This document shows, one piece after another, positions 9,603-18,667 of a stretch of DNA of 25,719 nucleotides. Each line of letters begins with the position of its first letter. Positions within the stretch are counted from its first letter, which is position 1. A model generated the notes under the pieces. That model saw only the letters and a list, made by a program, of their open reading frames with translations. It was not told the origin of the DNA and ran no database searches. The DNA is taken from the IMG/VR virus record IMGVR_UViG_3300016667_000370, positions 1 to 25,719 of that record; one strand, given 5' to 3'. A program made the translations under genes and the position numbers. The stretch is from a virus. Its lineage: Duplodnaviria > Caudoviricetes.

Positions 9603-11543
9603 ATGGGAGATATTAAGTATAATAGAACAGGTCAAGCCATAATAGGAACATCATCACTTGATGGCAGCTTAAATCAATTACCACAAAATATAGGAACAAC
9701 TGGTGATGTTTTAACAGTTAGTCCAACTGGTAGTATAGTATGGTCTGCATCAAGTGGTGGTGCAACTCCTTCATTAGCAGATGTATTATTAGCAGGAAAT
9801 ACTACTGGTGATACTGATATTATTGTAGGAGCATCACATTATGTTAGAAATTATGATAGCACTGCTAATATTAGATTTACGGATAATATTAGATTTACAA
9901 ATACTGATGGTGTGATAAACACTTCAGCAGGTATTGATGAGAATACAATCTATCATCAAGTAAGTGATGGTGTAAATTCTTCTAATATAAATTTATATGA
10001 AACTAACATTAATATTGGCTCATCTGATAATATTAATAATGATGCTGCTATATACATAGCTCCAAATAATTATACTGTGAGTATAGGTGATGAGAATTAT
10101 TCAGCCTTAACTTATTCTAAAATTGATATGTCACCTACGTCAGTAGTTGTTACAACTAACGGTGCTGGTGTGGAATATGCGGCTGATTACTCAGCTGGAT
10201 TTACAAATCGTTCTTTAGTTGATAAAGAATATGTTGATACTGTTGTTTCAGCTGGAACATCAGGAACATCAGGCACAAGTGGTTCATCAGGGACATCAGG
10301 TTCAAGTGGTTCGTCAGGAACATCAGGTTCAAGTGGTTCGTCAGGAACATCAGGTTCATCAGGCACAAGTGTTCCTATCACATCATTGAATTATCAAAAA
10401 TCAGGACCTGGAACTTCTGCTACAGCTATTAATAGCATTAGTTCAAGTGGTAAAATGATAAGTGCTGATGGTGGTTTTTATTTCACACCAGTTGATACCG
10501 GACAGGTTTGGATATCTTATAATTTAGGAATTGAGACGACATTAGGAGCAGATGCTCATATAGAAATTAGATATGGAACTGGTTCAGCTCCAGCAAATGG
10601 TGCAAGCGGAACAGGAACAACAAGTTCAATAGTTTCTTATTCATATTCTGGTAGTGGATTTAATGATGCTGTAAATCCAAGTGGTATTATAAATGGTTTA
10701 ACATTAAATACACAATATTGGTTTGCTATTTGTGTTAAATCAACCGGGAGTATAAGCATAACGTATGATTATGTTAATGCAAGTATTGCTGAATTAGGTG
10801 GTTTAAGAGGAACTAATGGAACATCAGGTTCATCTGGAATAAGTGGTGCTAATGGTTCATCTGGAACAAGTGGTGTTGATGGGACATTCTATGGTTCATC
10901 TGGAACAAGTGGTGCTAATGGTTCATCTGGAACAAGTGGTGTTGATGGGACATTCTATGGTTCATCTGGAATTATAGCACCAGCAACACAATCAACATAT
11001 CCATTTTATAAAACAAATTATCCTGTTTCTACATTTTCACTATCAACTTGGACTACTACAAATGGTGCAACTTATTTTACTATGATGAATTTATCACCGG
11101 GTGAAATAATAAATGAAGTTGCTTTTTATATGTCGGCAGCATCACTAACATCGGCAACCGTGAGTGTTGGTTTATACACAACTACAACGGATAGTGCTGG
11201 TAGATTATATCCTAATACACTTGCTACAACACTTGGAACCGTAACATCAACAACAACTGGTAGAAAAACAATCACTGGTATTAATTATACAATACCATCA
11301 TCAACAAATGGTATTTATTGGGTCGGTGTTGCTGTTCAATTTGTAGGAACATCGTTATCTTTATCAGGGTCAGCAAATTCTGCATTTTTAACTTACTATG
11401 CTTCACTTGATGCCACAACAATGCAGAGAGTTGTTTTGGTTTCTGCTGCAGGTTCTATATTACCATCAACAATTTCAATAAGTCAATGGTTAGGATATTC
11501 ACATATTACATCAAATACATTACTTATAGGTATGAGACAATAA
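9603..11543 (+). CDS. Tail fibre protein with Gly-Ser/Thr collagen-like segments and C-terminal putative receptor-binding domain (646 aa)
   Basis: GDVLTVSPTGSIVW and SLADVLLAGN fibre modules, two (Gly-X-Y)n tracts, two beta-rich domains. Confidence 0.7.
   Translation: MGDIKYNRTGQAIIGTSSLDGSLNQLPQNIGTTGDVLTVSPTGSIVWSASSGGATPSLADVLLAGNTTGDTDIIVGASHYVRNYDSTANIRFTDNIRFTNTDGVINTSAGIDENTIYHQVSDGVNSSNINLYETNINIGSSDNINNDAAIYIAPNNYTVSIGDENYSALTYSKIDMSPTSVVVTTNGAGVEYAADYSAGFTNRSLVDKEYVDTVVSAGTSGTSGTSGSSGTSGSSGSSGTSGSSGSSGTSGSSGTSVPITSLNYQKSGPGTSATAINSISSSGKMISADGGFYFTPVDTGQVWISYNLGIETTLGADAHIEIRYGTGSAPANGASGTGTTSSIVSYSYSGSGFNDAVNPSGIINGLTLNTQYWFAICVKSTGSISITYDYVNASIAELGGLRGTNGTSGSSGISGANGSSGTSGVDGTFYGSSGTSGANGSSGTSGVDGTFYGSSGIIAPATQSTYPFYKTNYPVSTFSLSTWTTTNGATYFTMMNLSPGEIINEVAFYMSAASLTSATVSVGLYTTTTDSAGRLYPNTLATTLGTVTSTTTGRKTITGINYTIPSSTNGIYWVGVAVQFVGTSLSLSGSANSAFLTYYASLDATTMQRVVLVSAAGSILPSTISISQWLGYSHITSNTLLIGMRQ
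10254..10370 (+). repeat. Coding 9-bp-unit tandem repeat encoding (G-[TS]-S)13, containing a perfect 27-bp duplication
   Basis: acatcaggttcaagtggttcgtcagga at 10293-10319 and 10320-10346, partial third copy 10347-10358. Confidence 0.95.
10827..10971 (+). repeat. Coding 66-bp tandem duplication (22 aa unit SGANGSSGTSGVDGTFYGSSGT)
   Basis: 10841-10905 equals 10907-10971; 10827-10839 equals 10893-10905; one T/C difference at 10840/10906. Confidence 0.95.
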
Positions 11544-11556
11544 ATAACATATAATT

Positions 11557-11730
11557 ATGAGACAGATAAATATAAATGAATTTTTTGAGAGACAGGAAGA
11601 TGGTTCAACTATCTTAGTTAGAGTTGAAGAAACTGAAGTTGATATTAAAACTACAGAAGAAGAAATTGCTGAAAGAGAAGCTGAAATATTAAGAATATAT
11701 CAGGAAATACAAAGTTTAAGAGGTATATAA
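11557..11730 (+). CDS. Small acidic coiled-coil protein (57 aa), possible fibre chaperone; missing from the ORF track
   Basis: Hand translation MRQININEFFERQEDGSTILVRVEETEVDIKTTEEEIAEREAEILRIYQEIQSLRGI*. Fills the gap between two genes; its stop overlaps the next start (TAATG). Confidence 0.85.
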   Translation: MRQININEFFERQEDGSTILVRVEETEVDIKTTEEEIAEREAEILRIYQEIQSLRGI

Positions 11731-12353
11731 TGAGTTTAAAAATAGGAGACGATAATAAAAGATATTTACTAAAATGGAATGGAGTTTCAAGTGAATTGGA
11801 ACTCCTTACTTATGACTATACAACTTGGAATGCTACTTCATCTCAATATGATATGGCATTAACTTCAACTAAGATACTCTCATATACAACACCTTATTTA
11901 TATGGTTATGATACTGCAACTCAAAGTAATCCAACAGGTTCTATTGCTATTCCTATGACTTTTAATACGGTTACAGCAACACATTCTATAAATATAATAG
12001 ATGGCTCAAAAATATATTTTGAAGAAGCTGGAACTTATAATATACAATTCTCTGCTCAATTTGATAAAACAGATGCTGGTGATGATGAGGTTGATATTTG
12101 GTTTTCTAAAAATGGAAATGATATACCTTGGTCTAATAGCACAATCACCTTACACGGGAATAATGCAAAAGCACTCCCATCTTGGAATTTTGTTGAAAAT
12201 GTAAATGTAGGTGATTATATTGAAATATATTGGTCATCAGCAGATACTGATATGAGGATTTTATCACGAGGAACACAATCATCACCTGATAGGCCACAAA
12301 CACCTTCTACTATTATAACAGTTTGGCAATTATATACTCAATACATAAAATAA
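11730..12353 (+). CDS. Structural protein with C1q/BclA-C-like beta-sandwich domain (207 aa)
   Basis: FEEAGTYNIQFSAQF...IWFSKNGNDI...VGDYIEIYW pattern; located in the fibre cluster. Confidence 0.55.
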   Translation: MSLKIGDDNKRYLLKWNGVSSELELLTYDYTTWNATSSQYDMALTSTKILSYTTPYLYGYDTATQSNPTGSIAIPMTFNTVTATHSINIIDGSKIYFEEAGTYNIQFSAQFDKTDAGDDEVDIWFSKNGNDIPWSNSTITLHGNNAKALPSWNFVENVNVGDYIEIYWSSADTDMRILSRGTQSSPDRPQTPSTIITVWQLYTQYIK

Positions 12354-12355
12354 AA

Positions 12356-12380
12356 ACAAAAGACATCGTTCTTATATTTT
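12356..12380 (+). promoter_or_regulatory. Putative phage late promoter, copy 2
   Basis: AC aaaagacatcgttct TATATTT T, upstream of ATG 12400. Confidence 0.65.
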
Positions 12381-12399
12381 ATAAAAAAAGTCCTTATAT

Positions 12400-15300
12400 A
12401 TGGCTGAACAAATAAACATTAAACTCTTAATAGATGCTGCTGAAAGTGCTAAAACAGTAGCAGAAACTAAAAAAGCATTAAGAGACCTTAAAACAGCAGC
12501 ATTATCAGTTGAAGAAGGTTCACAAGCATTTCAACAAATTACACGAGCATCTGGTGAATTACAAGATAAAATTGCTGATTTACAAGCAACTACTAAATTC
12601 TTTGCTAATGATATGAGAAGGTTAGAGGGTCTAACTGGTATAGCAGAAGGTATTGCTGGTGGATTTGCTTTAGCACAAGGAGCAGCTCAATTATTTGGAG
12701 GTGAGAATAAAAACTTAGAAGCAAGTTTAACTAAATTAACTTCTATTATGTCTGTTCTAAATGGACTTCAAGCAGTTGGTAATGTCCTACAAAAAGAAAG
12801 TGCTGCAAGTTTATTAATACAAAACACAATAAGAAAAACAGCTATTGCTTTAACATCCGAACAAGCTGTTGCTGAAGCCGCTGAAGCTGTTGCTGCTGGA
12901 ACCGCAACCGTAGCACAAAGAGCCTTAAATGCTGCTATGAATGCTAATCCAATTGGTATATTAGTAACTGCTATTTTAGCTGGTGTTGCTGCTTTGACAT
13001 TATGGACTTCTAAGTCTGAAGAAGCTAAGAAAGAAGAAGAGAAAAGAAAGAAAATAGCTGAACAACAAATAAAACTTGAAAAAGAAAGAAGAGAATTTAT
13101 ATCAAAGGAAAGTTCAGATTTTACAACTTTGATTTATCAATTAAAAGCAACTAATGTTAATTCAACTGAAAGATTAGATTTAATTAAAAAGATTAATGAA
13201 GAATATGGAACGACATTACAAAATCTACAAGATGAAAGTAAATTTCAAGAGCAGTTAAATGGTGCCGTTAATGATTATATCGCTTTACAATATAATAGAT
13301 TTATATTAACTAAAAACCAAGCTTATATTGATAGTCAAAATGAGAAAAAGTTTGAGGCTACTGTTAAAAAGAATAAAGCACTTGCTGAAGCTGATGAATT
13401 AGTAGCAAAAGGTCTTAGAAGAAGTAGAGAAGATGCACTTTCTTATAGAGAGGATTTAAGAAAAATTATAGCATCAGCTGATAAAGATATTAAAGAAGCT
13501 GAAAATGCCTTAAAGAGTTTAGGTAATAGAAGAAATGAATTAATTAATCAACAAAATCAATTAACTAATAACGGAACAAGATATGTCAAACAAACAAAAG
13601 AAACAACAAAAGTAACAAAAGATGAGACAAATGCTGTTTATGATTTAAGTGAGGCATATGCTACATTAGCTGAAGAGGTAAGAGATGCTAATTATGATAT
13701 CAATGAGATGGCAATTGGTGATGCTCAACAATCTGTTGATAAAATGGTTGCTCTGAAAAAGTTAGAAAATGAAAAGATATTAGCTGATTTAAAACAAGCA
13801 AATGCTGATAGGTTAAAGTCATTTGAGGATGCTTATATTGCAGAAGAAAAGAAATTAAAAGAAAATGCTAAAATATCAGAAGATGTTTTAAGACAAAGAG
13901 CTCAAAGTGATGCTAAATATAAAGAAGCTGTAATAACTTTTTCACAAGAAGAGGCTGATAAAAAGAAACAACTTGAGGAAGAAGTAACACAATTTGCGGC
14001 TGAAGAACAATTAAGAAGATTGGCATTATTAGAACAATATACAAAAACAATTTTATCAACAGCTGAATGGAATAGATTTTTATCATTTACTGAAAAAATA
14101 GATATGTTTTATTTCAAGAGAACAGAAGAAAATGCTAATAATTTTGCATTTGGTTTAAAGGTTGTTAATGGTCAATTACAAAAGATTAAAGAAAACTTTG
14201 AGACATTAGATGGTGAAACATTTCCTCCAATAGTAGAAAATGTAACCGCAGTAACACAAAAACAATTAGAAGAAGCTAAAGGATTTATTCAAACAACTAT
14301 AGGTGAGAGTTCATCAGCTATTGATTTACTTGCAAGTATTTACCAAGGAAAATTAGAGAAAATAAATGAAGTAACCATTAAGATAAATGAAAATCTTAAA
14401 AAGGGTGGTGAAGCGATGACATTTGCTATTGAGCCAGTTGGTCCAGACCAATTCGGGTTAGATAAATTAATAATGAAATATGAAGACCAAGCAAAGAAAT
14501 TAAATGACGCATTACAGGTTCAATATACAGAATTATTACAAAGTGAAGGTGAAGCATATGATAAAAGTTTATTTGATGCTTATACTAATTATCAAGAAAA
14601 ACTATCATTTGCCGGTGATAGTGTAGAAGAAAGAAAAAAGATTGAGGATGAGTATATAAAAGAAACAGAAAAGGCACAAGAAGACCATAATGATAGATTA
14701 TTATTAATAGATGTTGCTTATGGAAGGGCAACAAATGAACAAATGGTTGAAAACTTTAAAAACAAAAAGGACAAAAGAGATGCTGAATATCAAAAACAAC
14801 TTGATATTCAAAAAAGGTTCAACCAAGAATTATTAAATTTAGAGGCTCAAGTTCAACAAGGTCTTTTAGATTTATTTATACAATATCAAGAAAAAAGAGG
14901 TAGAGCTGCACAAGATAGATATGATGCTGAAATTGAAAGAATTGACGCTGAACAAAAGAAATATGAAGATAGTATTGCTAATAGAACAGCAGCTGAACAA
15001 GCACAATTAGATATTGAGGCTGGATTTGATGAACAAAGAAAAAATGCAGCTGATAAATTAGCTATTGAACAAGATGCTATTAGAAAAAAACAATTTCAAG
15101 CTGAAAAAGCAAATGATGCTACTACCGTTGCTATACATTCAACAGTTGCTGTTGCTAAAACAATTGCTGAACTTGGTGGTGTTGGTGCTTTAACACCTCC
15201 AGGAATTGCATTAATAGCTGCTATTATAGCTCAAGGTTTAGTTGCAGAAGGATTGATTTTATCAAAAGAATTTGTTCCAGCTTTTGCTGAAGGTGGTTTA

Positions 15301-15627
15301 GTTGTAGGACCTGGTAGTGGAACTTCTGATAGTATTAATGCTAAATTATCTAATGGTGAAAGTGTAATAAATGCTAAATCAACAAAAATGTTCGCACCTT
15401 TATTATCAGCTATAAATGAAGCTGGTGGTGGTAAGGCTATACCTCATATGGCTCAAGGTGGCTTATATATGGCACCTACAACTTCTACAGGTAATGATTT
15501 CTCTGAATTAAAAGATGCGATTTACTCTTTAGCTGATAGACCTATTGAAACTTATGTTAAACAAACTGTTGTTACGAATGCTCAAGATACAGCTCGTAAA
15601 ATAAAAAATAGAACCACTTTTGGTTAG
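12400..15627 (+). CDS. Tail tape measure protein (1075 aa)
   Basis: Long Ala/Glu/Lys helical protein with LNAAMNANPIGILVTAI segment, hydrophobic stretches and C-terminal FAEGGLVVGPGSGTSDSINAKLSNGESVINA motif. Confidence 0.9.
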   Translation: MAEQINIKLLIDAAESAKTVAETKKALRDLKTAALSVEEGSQAFQQITRASGELQDKIADLQATTKFFANDMRRLEGLTGIAEGIAGGFALAQGAAQLFGGENKNLEASLTKLTSIMSVLNGLQAVGNVLQKESAASLLIQNTIRKTAIALTSEQAVAEAAEAVAAGTATVAQRALNAAMNANPIGILVTAILAGVAALTLWTSKSEEAKKEEEKRKKIAEQQIKLEKERREFISKESSDFTTLIYQLKATNVNSTERLDLIKKINEEYGTTLQNLQDESKFQEQLNGAVNDYIALQYNRFILTKNQAYIDSQNEKKFEATVKKNKALAEADELVAKGLRRSREDALSYREDLRKIIASADKDIKEAENALKSLGNRRNELINQQNQLTNNGTRYVKQTKETTKVTKDETNAVYDLSEAYATLAEEVRDANYDINEMAIGDAQQSVDKMVALKKLENEKILADLKQANADRLKSFEDAYIAEEKKLKENAKISEDVLRQRAQSDAKYKEAVITFSQEEADKKKQLEEEVTQFAAEEQLRRLALLEQYTKTILSTAEWNRFLSFTEKIDMFYFKRTEENANNFAFGLKVVNGQLQKIKENFETLDGETFPPIVENVTAVTQKQLEEAKGFIQTTIGESSSAIDLLASIYQGKLEKINEVTIKINENLKKGGEAMTFAIEPVGPDQFGLDKLIMKYEDQAKKLNDALQVQYTELLQSEGEAYDKSLFDAYTNYQEKLSFAGDSVEERKKIEDEYIKETEKAQEDHNDRLLLIDVAYGRATNEQMVENFKNKKDKRDAEYQKQLDIQKRFNQELLNLEAQVQQGLLDLFIQYQEKRGRAAQDRYDAEIERIDAEQKKYEDSIANRTAAEQAQLDIEAGFDEQRKNAADKLAIEQDAIRKKQFQAEKANDATTVAIHSTVAVAKTIAELGGVGALTPPGIALIAAIIAQGLVAEGLILSKEFVPAFAEGGLVVGPGSGTSDSINAKLSNGESVINAKSTKMFAPLLSAINEAGGGKAIPHMAQGGLYMAPTTSTGNDFSELKDAIYSLADRPIETYVKQTVVTNAQDTARKIKNRTTFG

Positions 15628-15635
15628 AAAAATCT

Positions 15636-15660
15636 ACGAATAGAATAAAAAATATATTTA
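15636..15660 (+). promoter_or_regulatory. Putative phage late promoter, copy 3
   Basis: AC gaatagaataaaaaa TATATTT A, ending a few bases before ATG 15667. Confidence 0.65.
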
Positions 15661-15666
15661 ACAAAA

Positions 15667-16752
15667 ATGGAAAATAAATTACCTACTTACAAAATAGTTG
15701 TAAACGCTGATGATGATACAACTGGTGTTTATGCTGTAAGTTTAGTTGACCAACCAGCAATTGAAGTTGATTGGATTGCTCTTTCTAAACATATATCTGA
15801 TTATTATTTTCAAGCCAATAAAGACAAGCAAATGCTTTTTGGACCTCTTTTAATACCTAATAAATTAATTTATAGAAGAGATGAAAGTGGTAATGAATAT
15901 AATATAGTTTTTGATGAGGAAACTATACAAATTATTGCTGATAAATATAACGAAAATAAATTAGGTGATGTCTTCAATTTTCAACATTCTAATGAAAAGG
16001 TTGAAGCAGCTTTACTACAAAACTGGATTACTGGAGATGTTGATAAAAGCCAGGAAATGGGATTTGAATTACCAAAAGGAACTTGGTTTGGTGGTGTTAA
16101 AGTAAAAAATGAGAAATTCTGGTTAGAAGAAGTTAAAACAGGATTGGTTAAAGGATTTTCTGTTGAGATAAAAGCTGGAACAGAATTAATAGAAATGACC
16201 ACAGATGTGGATAAAAATAAAATAAATCTTATGGAAGTTAAAACAAGAGATGGTTTAACTCTTACTTGGGATGGTGATGCTGAAATTGGAAAAGACATCT
16301 TTATCATTTTAGAGGATGGGACTAAATCCCCACTTGCTGATGGTGAATATGAATTAGAAGATGGAACTAAAATCGTTGCTCAAGGTGGTAAGGTTGCTGA
16401 AATTATTTCTGCTGAGGCACCAGCTGAAGAAGAAATGCAAGAACCAGTAGCTGCACCATCTGTTGATGTATTAGAGACGGTTAAACCACTAATTGAAGAG
16501 TTAAGAGGTATTATTGCTGAACTATCAACAAGAATTGACAAATTAGAAAATGTTGAAACTGTTGTTGAAGAAAGTAATGATGAAGAACACTATTCTAAAA
16601 TCAAAGAATTAGAAGAGAAAGTAGAAACTCTTTCTAAAATGGCTGGAGCTACATCAATCACTAAGAAGACTGATAAAGAAGTTGAAGCTGAGAAAAAACA
16701 AGACGCTATTTTGGAAAAAATAATGTTTTACAAGCAAAAATCTACAAAATAA
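15667..16752 (+). CDS. Prohead protease (XkdF-like serine peptidase) with C-terminal scaffold region (361 aa)
   Basis: AVSLVDQPAIE, GPLLIPNKLIYR, NFQH, LPKGTWF and VKGFSVE motifs; DGEYELEDG repeat and acidic coiled coil; directly upstream of capsid gene. Confidence 0.85.
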   Translation: MENKLPTYKIVVNADDDTTGVYAVSLVDQPAIEVDWIALSKHISDYYFQANKDKQMLFGPLLIPNKLIYRRDESGNEYNIVFDEETIQIIADKYNENKLGDVFNFQHSNEKVEAALLQNWITGDVDKSQEMGFELPKGTWFGGVKVKNEKFWLEEVKTGLVKGFSVEIKAGTELIEMTTDVDKNKINLMEVKTRDGLTLTWDGDAEIGKDIFIILEDGTKSPLADGEYELEDGTKIVAQGGKVAEIISAEAPAEEEMQEPVAAPSVDVLETVKPLIEELRGIIAELSTRIDKLENVETVVEESNDEEHYSKIKELEEKVETLSKMAGATSITKKTDKEVEAEKKQDAILEKIMFYKQKSTK

Positions 16753-16768
16753 AACAATTTTATATTTA
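16744..16768 (+). promoter_or_regulatory. Putative phage late promoter, copy 4 (capsid gene)
   Basis: AC aaaataaaacaattt TATATTT A; shares AAAAATCTAC with copy 3. Confidence 0.65.
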
Positions 16769-16796
16769 GTATAAAAATAAAAAATAAAAATTAAAA

Positions 16797-17726
16797 ATGA
16801 ATAATAAGGATTTTAAATTATCATTCACGGATAACACAACTTTTTATGGAAAAGACCTTGAAGGCTTCTACGCACAAGCACTTTTAACAGGTAATTCTAA
16901 AGAAGCTTTCCGTTTAATTCCAGATGTTAAGTCTAAAGTTAAATTAGGACAATTAAACATCGGAAACATTTTACAAGCAGCTGATTGCTCTTTCTCTGGT
17001 TCAGGTGAAGGAACATTAGCACAAAAATCTTTTGAAGTAGAACCAGTCAAGATAAATCTTGAATACTGCCAGAGAACTTTTGAAACGGATTATTTATCAC
17101 AATTGTTAAGACCAGGTTCAAACTCTGACCAAGTAATGCCATCATCGGTTGAAAGCTTCCTTTTAGAGCAAGTTGCTAAAAAAGTATCTGCTGATACAGA
17201 AAAATTAGTATGGCAAGGTGATACAGGAACTGCTTCTTATCCTCTTTCATTAGTTGATGGTTTACAAAAACAATTATTAGCTGACGGAGCTGTTATTGAT
17301 GTTGCTGCTACTGCTTCTACAATCACTACTTCAAATGTAATCGGTGAAATCAATAGAGTTTATGATGCTATCCCAGCTGCTATTTTAGATGCTGAAGATT
17401 TAAGAATTTTCGTTCCTTCTTCAATTATGAGATTATACAGACAAGCTCTTGCTGCTGCTTCATCTGAGGCATACTACATGCAAAACTATACTGAATTACA
17501 TTTCTTAAATGTAAGATTGGTTGAAGCTAAAGGATTAGGTGAAAAGAAAATGGTTGCTGCTCAAACTAACAACCTATTACTTTTAACTGACCTTATGTCT
17601 GATTTTGAAGATGTTCAAATTTTACCACAAAAATCTGTAACTGGTGTTCCAGTTGTTAGAATGATTGGTGAATTCAAATTTGGAGTTGGATATATCTATG
17701 GTTCTGAAATCGTTTATTACAATTAA
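16797..17726 (+). CDS. Major capsid protein (309 aa)
   Basis: Follows protease/scaffold; typical size; EKLVWQGD and DGLQKQL motifs; visibly more C-ending codons (ttc, tac, aac, atc), consistent with high expression. Confidence 0.85.
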   Translation: MNNKDFKLSFTDNTTFYGKDLEGFYAQALLTGNSKEAFRLIPDVKSKVKLGQLNIGNILQAADCSFSGSGEGTLAQKSFEVEPVKINLEYCQRTFETDYLSQLLRPGSNSDQVMPSSVESFLLEQVAKKVSADTEKLVWQGDTGTASYPLSLVDGLQKQLLADGAVIDVAATASTITTSNVIGEINRVYDAIPAAILDAEDLRIFVPSSIMRLYRQALAAASSEAYYMQNYTELHFLNVRLVEAKGLGEKKMVAAQTNNLLLLTDLMSDFEDVQILPQKSVTGVPVVRMIGEFKFGVGYIYGSEIVYYN

Positions 17727-17772
17727 AAACCACTAAAAATCACTTTGTGAATAAAAAAATAAAATATACAAA

Positions 17773-18315
17773 ATGGCTATATGTAATGCAATATCAAATG
17801 GATTAAGTAAGTCTTGTGATAACAATAGTGGTGGTGTTAACAAAATCTATATTACTGATTTTGAAAACGTAACAGCAATCACTACTGGAACATCATCTTC
17901 GTTCCCAACAGCTGATTGGGTTGATGGTATCACAATGAGCGGTGCCACTCAATTCTATGAAATTCAAACTAATAAAAATGTTTGTAACTTTACTGAAAGT
18001 GTTGCTATTGACTTAAACAATGGAACAACTTTCTTCAATCAAGTTGTAAGTATCATTCTTTCAAGAAGAGAGACTACAAAAAGAGACTTTATTGAAAAAT
18101 TAGTTGCTGGACAAAAACAATTAATGTTGATTGTTTTAGATAGTAATGGTATTTACTGGTTATTTGGACAAGTTGAAGGAGCATATGTAACTGCAATTGA
18201 AGGTGGTTCAGGAACTGCTAAGGCTGATGCTAATGGTTACACTATCACATTAACTGCGATGGAAGCTGACCAAGCTTATCAAGTTGACCCAACAATAATC
18301 TCTGGTTTGATTTAA
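17773..18315 (+). CDS. Major tail (tube) protein (180 aa)
   Basis: CDNNSGGVNKIY, NGTTFFNQVV, LDSNGIYWLFG, SGTAKADANGYTITLTA motifs; follows the capsid gene and precedes a terminator. Confidence 0.75.
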   Translation: MAICNAISNGLSKSCDNNSGGVNKIYITDFENVTAITTGTSSSFPTADWVDGITMSGATQFYEIQTNKNVCNFTESVAIDLNNGTTFFNQVVSIILSRRETTKRDFIEKLVAGQKQLMLIVLDSNGIYWLFGQVEGAYVTAIEGGSGTAKADANGYTITLTAMEADQAYQVDPTIISGLI

Positions 18316-18333
18316 TCGTCAAACTCTCTATAG

Positions 18334-18364
18334 AAAACCCACCTACAATATGGTGGGTTTTTTT
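18334..18364. terminator. Bidirectional intrinsic terminator
   Basis: AAAACCCACC (18334-18343), 8-nt loop, GGTGGGTTTT (18352-18361), then T run; between convergent genes. Confidence 0.9.
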
Positions 18365-18578
18365 ATTTTCTACTTTTTAATAAATCTTCATATAAGTCAA
18401 TAATAATTTGAGCATCTTTATCTCTCTTCTTATGCCACTTCCAGTAAGGTATACCATCACTTATAATCCAATCTGATGGGTAGCACTCTGGACTATTAAT
18501 AATGTCCCAAAAAACTCTTTTTATTTGATAATCATAAACCTTAGTAATTTTTTTGATTTGTTCATCTGTTGCTCTCAT
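18363..18578 (-). CDS. Hypothetical protein (71 aa), moron-like
   Basis: Occupies otherwise non-coding space, has its own promoter element and terminator; Trp-rich, no recognised motif. Confidence 0.75.
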   Translation of the reverse strand: MRATDEQIKKITKVYDYQIKRVFWDIINSPECYPSDWIISDGIPYWKWHKKRDKDAQIIIDLYEDLLKSRK

Positions 18579-18594
18579 ATCTTAATTGTTTCTA

Positions 18595-18602
18595 CAAATA
18601 TA
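18595..18602 (-). promoter_or_regulatory. Bacteroidota primary-sigma -7 element TAnnTTTG
   Basis: Minus strand reads TATATTTG, 16 nt before the ATG at 18578; a TTTA (-33-like, imperfect) lies 18 nt upstream. Confidence 0.75.
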
Positions 18603-18623
18603 CGGAACTTTTTCTAAATATAA

Positions 18624-18648
18624 ACGATTTACTAAAAAAATATATTTA
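18624..18648 (+). promoter_or_regulatory. Putative phage late promoter, copy 5 (portal operon)
   Basis: AC gatttactaaaaaaa TATATTT A, upstream of ATG 18668; would restart transcription after the 18334 terminator. Confidence 0.65.
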
Positions 18649-18667
18649 ATAAAAATAATAAAAGATA

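Noticed and set aside
10254-10971. Tandem repeats as a CRISPR array
   Set aside because: Contiguous, in-frame coding repeats with no unique spacers and no cas genes.
12001-12204. Alternate-frame + strand ORF (67 aa)
   Set aside because: Nested inside 11730..12353, with no motif or leader.
6409-12353. Diversity-generating retroelement targeting fibre genes
   Set aside because: No reverse transcriptase and no long template/variable repeat pair with adenine-specific mismatches seen; a remote element outside the window cannot be excluded.
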